Below, in pieces: positions 58,888 to 64,000 of a DNA stretch of 64,000 nt (positions are counted from its first letter, which is position 1; each line of letters begins with the position of its first letter). Below the pieces are notes generated by a model. That model had not been told where the DNA came from. It ran no database searches and saw only the letters and a list, made by a program, of their open reading frames with translations. Source of the stretch: Candidatus Latescibacterota bacterium (GTDB taxonomy: Bacteria; Latescibacterota; UBA2968; GCA-2709665); contig OZ242180.1 in the NCBI GenBank assembly GCA_965205485.1, forward strand, positions 2,432,001 through 2,496,000, written 5' to 3'. A program made the position numbers and the translations under genes.

Positions 58888-59248
58888 TCTGCCATTTACA
58901 TCGGTGTCTATTGACTATCGGGGATCAACTATTGAGATTCCTCAAGTCTTGGTCGATACTGGTTCAGCCAGCACGGTAATATCCGCCGATTTGGTTGATT
59001 CCATCGGTATATTTCCTTTGCCTGATGACCGGATAGTCACAATTCGCGGTGTGGGTGGACATGAGGTCGTATTCAGGCGACGGGTTGATTGTTTGCAGGT
59101 TGGACAGAAGGAATTGACTGATTTCGAACTTGAAATAGGTGGCATGGATTATGGCTTTGAAATCAATGGGATTTTGGGGATGGATTTCCTTACAGAATCC
59201 GGGGCCATTATCAATCTGCATACAATGAGTCTTACATTCGATGGCTGA
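58865..59248 (+). CDS. Retropepsin-like aspartic protease
   Basis: LVDTGSAST, IRGVGG flap, GILGMDFL. Confidence 0.88.
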   Translation: MQLIRRYDLPFTSVSIDYRGSTIEIPQVLVDTGSASTVISADLVDSIGIFPLPDDRIVTIRGVGGHEVVFRRRVDCLQVGQKELTDFELEIGGMDYGFEINGILGMDFLTESGAIINLHTMSLTFDG

Positions 59249-59366
59249 AGGCAGGTTGGATCCTGACAACAACGACCTGTCGGACGTTTCGGCGTTGTCG
59301 AACGCCTGTTTCCTCTTGACAGTTTGTACGCCGATGGGGATATTTCTCAATCCTTGATTCAACAGC

Positions 59367-59453
<87 letters not shown>

Positions 59454-59457
59454 GAAC

Positions 59458-59493
59458 AAAAACAGGCACCTGCGAAAAGCAGGTGCCTGTTTT
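59458..59493. terminator. Bidirectional intrinsic terminator
   Basis: AAAAACAGGCACCTGC-GAAAA-GCAGGTGCCTGTTTT. Confidence 0.8.
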
Positions 59494-59568
59494 CATTGCG
59501 GTATCGGTAGCCGATTCTCGCGCGAAACCGATGTCAGTCAAGCGCCGGGAGCAGCTTCGAGAATACCC

Positions 59569-60720
59569 TCACGGCCACAGAGCATCGGCGGCCAACAGGT
59601 TCGAGAAGTGGGAAAACGGAAGGATTTCGATACCGTCCGCGGTACGCAATTCAGGTCCTTCGGGATAGACCACAAGCCGGCGGCAAAGCCCCGGCAGCGC
59701 GGCCAGGGCCCTCAGTCCCTTGCACCAGGATTCCGCAAATGTCCCGCCGGATTTGACTTCGATAGCCACGAATTCCCCTGCGCGATTGAGCAGGAAGTCC
59801 ACCTCGGTCCGCGTCTGCGCGGCGGTCGACCAATAGAAGCATTCATCGCACAGATTACGGTAGTCCGTGTACGCCCGTATCAACTGGGCAATCAGGCCCT
59901 CGAATAGAGCGCCGCGTTCCTCCGGCACGGGAGGCATCGTCACCCTTTTCATCGCCCGTACAAGACCGGGGTCACACCAATACCACTTTGGCAATTTGCG
60001 TTCGCGCACGCGCAATCGTGTTTCATACGCAGGAAGTTGAAAACCAAGGAGCGTTTCCTCCAGAATCTCCAGATATCCGGTCACCGTGGTGCGTGCAACC
60101 TGAGCTTCCCTTGCGATGTTGGTCACGTTAAGGGTCTGGCCGTGAAAGAGCGCCGCAACGGGGAGAAAGCGCGCGAAGCCGGGCAGGTTGCGCACCAGCG
60201 CCTCGGCCTGTACCTCCTCTTTGAGGTACATTTGCGCATAGGCAACCAGTGTCTCTGCCCTGTCCTCCGAATCCCATACGATGGGCAGCAGTCCGTGTTG
60301 TAAAGCGTCGTGGAGTACGAACTGTTCTCCCAACTCCTCGGGAGTAAAGGGATGCATCGCGCGATTCAGGGCACGGCCGGCGAGAAGGTTGACACCTGCG
60401 CGTTTGAGTTTTCTTGCGCTGGACCCGCACAATACAAACCGCATCCGCCGCTCTTCGATAAAACGGTGTACTTCGTTAAGCAGCGCCGGCAATCTTTGAA
60501 TTTCGTCCAGAACCACCCACCGGTCACCCGGTACGGCTCGTAGTTCCGCGGCTAGGAGACCCGGATTCGCAAGCAGGCGTTGGTACGTATCCTCGGCAAG
60601 CAGATTCACGACGTGCGCATCCGGGAACGCCAATCGCAGATAGGTGCTTTTCCCAACGCCGCGAGGTCCCAGGAGAAAGAAGCTCTTCCGGGGAGCGTCA
60701 AATATGCGTGGTATTGTCAT
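59569..60720 (-). CDS. AAA_14/DUF4143 ATP-binding protein with C-terminal PD-(D/E)xK-like domain
   Basis: GPRGVGKST, LDEIQR, GSSARKL, LAGRA, K-Y-CDPG, EVDF...IEVK. Confidence 0.9.
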   Translation of the reverse strand: MTIPRIFDAPRKSFFLLGPRGVGKSTYLRLAFPDAHVVNLLAEDTYQRLLANPGLLAAELRAVPGDRWVVLDEIQRLPALLNEVHRFIEERRMRFVLCGSSARKLKRAGVNLLAGRALNRAMHPFTPEELGEQFVLHDALQHGLLPIVWDSEDRAETLVAYAQMYLKEEVQAEALVRNLPGFARFLPVAALFHGQTLNVTNIAREAQVARTTVTGYLEILEETLLGFQLPAYETRLRVRERKLPKWYWCDPGLVRAMKRVTMPPVPEERGALFEGLIAQLIRAYTDYRNLCDECFYWSTAAQTRTEVDFLLNRAGEFVAIEVKSGGTFAESWCKGLRALAALPGLCRRLVVYPEGPELRTADGIEILPFSHFSNLLAADALWP

Positions 60721-60729
60721 TTGACTATG

Positions 60730-60789
60730 TTGTCGTCATTTTTCGCAGCAATTTGACGACAATATATACAAATTTCACAACAATGTCAA
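60730..60789 (-). promoter_or_regulatory. sigma70 promoter with an inverted-repeat operator
   Basis: TTGACA(60789)-N17-TATATT; TTGTCGTCA-N15-TGACGACAA covers the predicted start site. Confidence 0.7.
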
Positions 60790-60931
60790 GATCTGGCCCT
60801 GCTCTACTGTAGCAATGTTCGAGGTCGGCATCTAAATCAAATGGTGATCTCATACAGGGGGCAGCAACGGCGATCCTGATTGCAAGAAATGGGCTCTGGA
60901 TTCATCCATGTGTGACCGAAGATAGAATATT

Positions 60932-60959
60932 TGAAACCTCCATGCCCCTGTTGCGTCTA
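60932..60959 (+). promoter_or_regulatory. ECF-sigma (SigW/SigX-like) promoter
   Basis: TGAAAC-N16-CGTCTA. Confidence 0.6.
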
Positions 60960-60964
60960 AGCGG

Positions 60965-61035
60965 TTACAACCATGCTACATCCCTCCCGAAAGACGTCGA
61001 TCGTACCCAGTGCGGCCGGCGTCTTTTTTATTTTT
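60965..61035 (+). ncRNA. Candidate small RNA (~70 nt)
   Basis: Bounded by the ECF-type promoter and a terminator hairpin; no ORF with an RBS; contains unpaired ATCCCTCCC. Confidence 0.45.
60990..61035 (+). terminator. Intrinsic terminator
   Basis: AAAGACGTCGATCGTAC-CCA-GTGCGGCCGGCGTCTTT followed by TTTATTTTT. Confidence 0.75.
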
Positions 61036-61203
61036 CGTCATAGACCCGGAAACGGGGTCAGGGTGTTATTGAACGGCCGGGAAAGTCCTGTTGCGCGCCC
61101 TTCCCGCTACTCGTATTTTATGCTTGATTAGAGTGAGCGTTCAGCCCCCTGAAGCTTGACAATTCCCTTCACGTTACCCCTCGGATCAATAGCAGAGAAG
61201 CCT

Positions 61204-62121
61204 ATGCGCAGGATTCAACTCCAGCAGGTCACGAAAACCTTCGATGGCGTCACGGCGGTGGACGGGTTGGATCTGGACATCGCCGCGGGAGAGACATTCG
61301 GTCTGCTGGGTCCCAACGGCGCGGGCAAGACCACGACGATTCGAACCATCCTTGGAATATACGGGCCGGATTCGGGCACCATCGATTACGGCAACGGTGG
61401 AACGGGCCTGTCGAGGGACCGGATCGGCTACCTGCCCGAAGAACGGGGGCTGTATCCCAAGATGCGGGTTATGGACCTGCTTGTGTTTCTCGGGGAGATC
61501 AAGTCGCTCTCCCGGTCGGAAGCGGCAGGCCGCGCGGGAGAATGGCTCGAACGGATGGGCCTGTCGGAATGGTCGAACCGGCGCGTGGATCAGCTTTCCA
61601 AGGGTATGCAGCAGAAGCTGCAGTTCATCGCAACCGTCATGCATGACCCCGATCTATTGATTCTCGACGAGCCGTTCAGCGGGTTGGATCCGATCAACGT
61701 GGCCGTCCTGAAAGAGATCATGCAGACCCTGACGTCCGAGGGCAAGATTCTCATCTTTTCCACGCATCAGATGGAGGATGCGGAAGCGCTCTGCGACCGG
61801 ATCTGTCTGATCAACCGCGGTCGGAAGGTACTTGACGGCACGGTAACGGAATTGAAGTCCCGTTATACAAGAAACAGGTTGCGTATTGCGTTTGAGGGGA
61901 GTGGCGATTTTCTCGAGAATACGAATCTGGTTCGGCACGCGGAACACCGCGGGAATCACGTGGAGGTCGAACTCCAGACGGGCGCGGATCCGGGCGACCT
62001 GCTGAGAACGGCGCTTTCCGCGGCTCGGATCCACCGGTTCGAAGTCTCGGAGCCCTCGCTTAGAGATATCTTTTTAATGGCTGTCGGCGGAGAAGATTCG
62101 GGAGGGGAGCAGGATGAATAA
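61204..62121 (+). CDS. ABC transporter ATP-binding protein (NatA/YhaQ-like)
   Basis: GPNGAGKTT, GYLPEERGLY, LSKGMQQK, LDEPFSGLDP. Confidence 0.95.
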   Translation: MRRIQLQQVTKTFDGVTAVDGLDLDIAAGETFGLLGPNGAGKTTTIRTILGIYGPDSGTIDYGNGGTGLSRDRIGYLPEERGLYPKMRVMDLLVFLGEIKSLSRSEAAGRAGEWLERMGLSEWSNRRVDQLSKGMQQKLQFIATVMHDPDLLILDEPFSGLDPINVAVLKEIMQTLTSEGKILIFSTHQMEDAEALCDRICLINRGRKVLDGTVTELKSRYTRNRLRIAFEGSGDFLENTNLVRHAEHRGNHVEVELQTGADPGDLLRTALSAARIHRFEVSEPSLRDIFLMAVGGEDSGGEQDE

Positions 62122-63370
62122 AGTATTGACCATCGTCCGCCGTGAATTCATAGAGATCGTACGCAAAAAGAGTTTCCTGATCGGTCTGTTCCTGGTGCCG
62201 GTATTCGTCGTGGCCAGTATTCTCGTACCCGTCCTTCTGGCGCGCGTAGACATGGGCAAGCAGAAGCGTATCGCGGTGGTCGACCAGACCGGGATCCTGT
62301 ATCAGCCCCTTGAAGCCCGCCTGGACGAACGACTCGAGGACGGACGACCGGAATATCTGTTGCAGGAAGTTCGGCCAGGTCCCGATCTGGAAACCACGCG
62401 GCGTCAGCTCACCTCCGAGATCAACGCCGGAGAACTGGACGCCTACCTGGTGGTGCCTCCCGAGATCTTCGAAAAAAGCGAGGCCGGATTCTACGGTAAA
62501 AACGTGAGCGATATCCAACAGGTCGGGCGATTGCGGAGCGCCTTGAGTCAGATCGTGGTTGCCCACAGGCTCGCGCAGCGCGGGCTGGACCCGGAATCGG
62601 TGAGAAAATGGACCCGTCGGGTGCAGTTGCAGACGCTTAAAATCGTCAAGGGCAAGGAAAAGAAGAGCGGGTTTGCCCGGGAATATTTCACTTCGTTCGC
62701 ATTTGCCATGCTGCTTTATATGGTAACCATTATCTATGGCATTATGGTGATGCGCGGCGTCCTGGAAGAGAAGTCCACCCGCATGGTTGAGGTGATGCTC
62801 TCGTCGGTCGATCCACTGCAGATGATGGCGGGCAAGATTCTGGGTATTGGCGCCGCCAGTCTGGTTCAGGTTACGGTGTGGATCGGCGTGGGTCTGCTGG
62901 CCACGGCGTATGGCAGGATGGCATTCGGTCCCAATCTGCCCTTCGCGATCGAAACGGGTATGGTGGTCTACTTCGGCGTCTATTTTGTCCTGGGTTATTT
63001 TCTGTATGCCACACTCTACGCGATTATCGGCGCAATCTGCGATACCGAACAGGATGCGCAGCACCTGCAGATCCTCGTGATCGTGCCGATGATCCTCTCG
63101 CTGCTTGCAATGACGTTCATTACCCGGCAGCCGGGCGCCACGCCATCCGTGGTGATGTCGCTGATTCCGTTTTTTGCGCCAATGATCATGATCGTCAGGG
63201 TGAACGTCCTCACGCCGCCGTGGATCGAAATCGCGGCGTCCATCCTGATTCTGATCGGCACGATTGCCGGGGTGATGTGGGCGGCCGCGCGGATCTACCG
63301 GATCGGGATTCTGATGCGGGGCAAACGGGCCACGTTGAAGGAGATGGTTCGTTGGGTTCGGTACGGATAG
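62114..63370 (+). CDS. ABC-2 permease (NatB/YhaP-like)
   Basis: EEKSTRMVE--LSS, GKILG, GYFLYA, multiple TM segments. Confidence 0.92.
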   Translation: MNKVLTIVRREFIEIVRKKSFLIGLFLVPVFVVASILVPVLLARVDMGKQKRIAVVDQTGILYQPLEARLDERLEDGRPEYLLQEVRPGPDLETTRRQLTSEINAGELDAYLVVPPEIFEKSEAGFYGKNVSDIQQVGRLRSALSQIVVAHRLAQRGLDPESVRKWTRRVQLQTLKIVKGKEKKSGFAREYFTSFAFAMLLYMVTIIYGIMVMRGVLEEKSTRMVEVMLSSVDPLQMMAGKILGIGAASLVQVTVWIGVGLLATAYGRMAFGPNLPFAIETGMVVYFGVYFVLGYFLYATLYAIIGAICDTEQDAQHLQILVIVPMILSLLAMTFITRQPGATPSVVMSLIPFFAPMIMIVRVNVLTPPWIEIAASILILIGTIAGVMWAAARIYRIGILMRGKRATLKEMVRWVRYG

Positions 63371-63378
63371 GAGGTTTC

Positions 63379-64000
63379 ATGCCAAATCTGATCGCCTGCA
63401 ATCTGAACAGCTATCGACAGTATCGGGACGGCGCGTTCGAACATCTTGCGCGGATCGGTCTGACCCACGTGGAAATTCCATGTCCCGAGCCCGAAGAAAG
63501 GGATGCGGTTCAGCGTGAACTGGACCGTTTCGGACTGCGCGCGTCCAGTCTGATCATTCGCTGTGAGATGCACGCGGACGACGTGGTCCAGAGGTTCGCG
63601 CACGCACTGAATACCGTGGCGGAGATGGGGGTCGGCCTGGTGTTCACGAGCGTAAAGACCGGAGGCGTAGACCGGGATTTCGTCTACGGCAGACTGCAGG
63701 ATATCGGTGACGCGGCGGCCGAACGGGGGATTGTCGTGGCGATGGAAACGCATCCTGATCTGGTTACGAATGCCGACGTGGCGCTGGAGACGATGCGGAA
63801 CGTGAATCATCCCAATATCGGCATCAATTTCGATACGGCGAACGTCCACTATTATAACGAGGGCGTGGATTCGGTCGAGCAGTTTCGAAAGGTATCGCAC
63901 GCGGTGGCAGCCGTACATCTGAAGGATACGAACGGCGCCTTTCAGACCTGGCACTTCCCCGCACTTGGCGAGGGCATCGTGGATTTTCCATCTATATTCG
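63379..64000 (+). CDS. Sugar-phosphate isomerase/epimerase, partial (runs off window end)
   Basis: Not in the ORF track. AGGAGG RBS; MPNLIACNLNSY...METHPDL...NFDTANVHYYN...VHLKD...FPALGEG-VDF. Confidence 0.85.
   Translation, partial: MPNLIACNLNSYRQYRDGAFEHLARIGLTHVEIPCPEPEERDAVQRELDRFGLRASSLIIRCEMHADDVVQRFAHALNTVAEMGVGLVFTSVKTGGVDRDFVYGRLQDIGDAAAERGIVVAMETHPDLVTNADVALETMRNVNHPNIGINFDTANVHYYNEGVDSVEQFRKVSHAVAAVHLKDTNGAFQTWHFPALGEGIVDFPSIF

Overview
GC-rich bacterial chromosomal window. Gene content (GWxTD protein, DUF4159/DUF4175/MoxR cluster, heparinase-II/III-like and ceramidase-like enzymes) suggests an FCB-group organism such as Latescibacterota or Gemmatimonadota; this is an inference. 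From left to right: 5' end of lysA, tRNA-Leu(TAG), lptD-dtd-maf-rodZ-priA-flippase, a DUF4159-DUF4175-TPR-GATase-like-MoxR-DUF58 cluster, catabolic or unknown genes, a GWxTD gene, an argR-C-B-D-G-H operon with ARG boxes, an S9 peptidase, two divergent catabolic operons (one gene frameshifted), a PIN/UPF0175 module, tRNA-Met, nfeD-nfeD'-floA, a retropepsin pair, tRNA-Leu(CAA), an AAA_14/DUF4143 ATPase and an ABC-2 exporter. No CRISPR array, integrase or transposase was seen. The most interesting observations are: (1) an unannotated ~70-nt sRNA-like unit made of an ECF-type promoter, a C-rich anti-Shine-Dalgarno segment and an intrinsic terminator, with a similar promoter in front of the GWxTD gene; (2) an apparently catalytically dead primase-like protein as the last gene of the arginine operon; (3) a diverged duplicate of the NfeD C-terminal domain; (4) a REP-like repeat nested inside another copy of itself; (5) a +1 frameshift in a ceramidase-like gene. 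All family calls come from motif recognition by eye; no searches were run.
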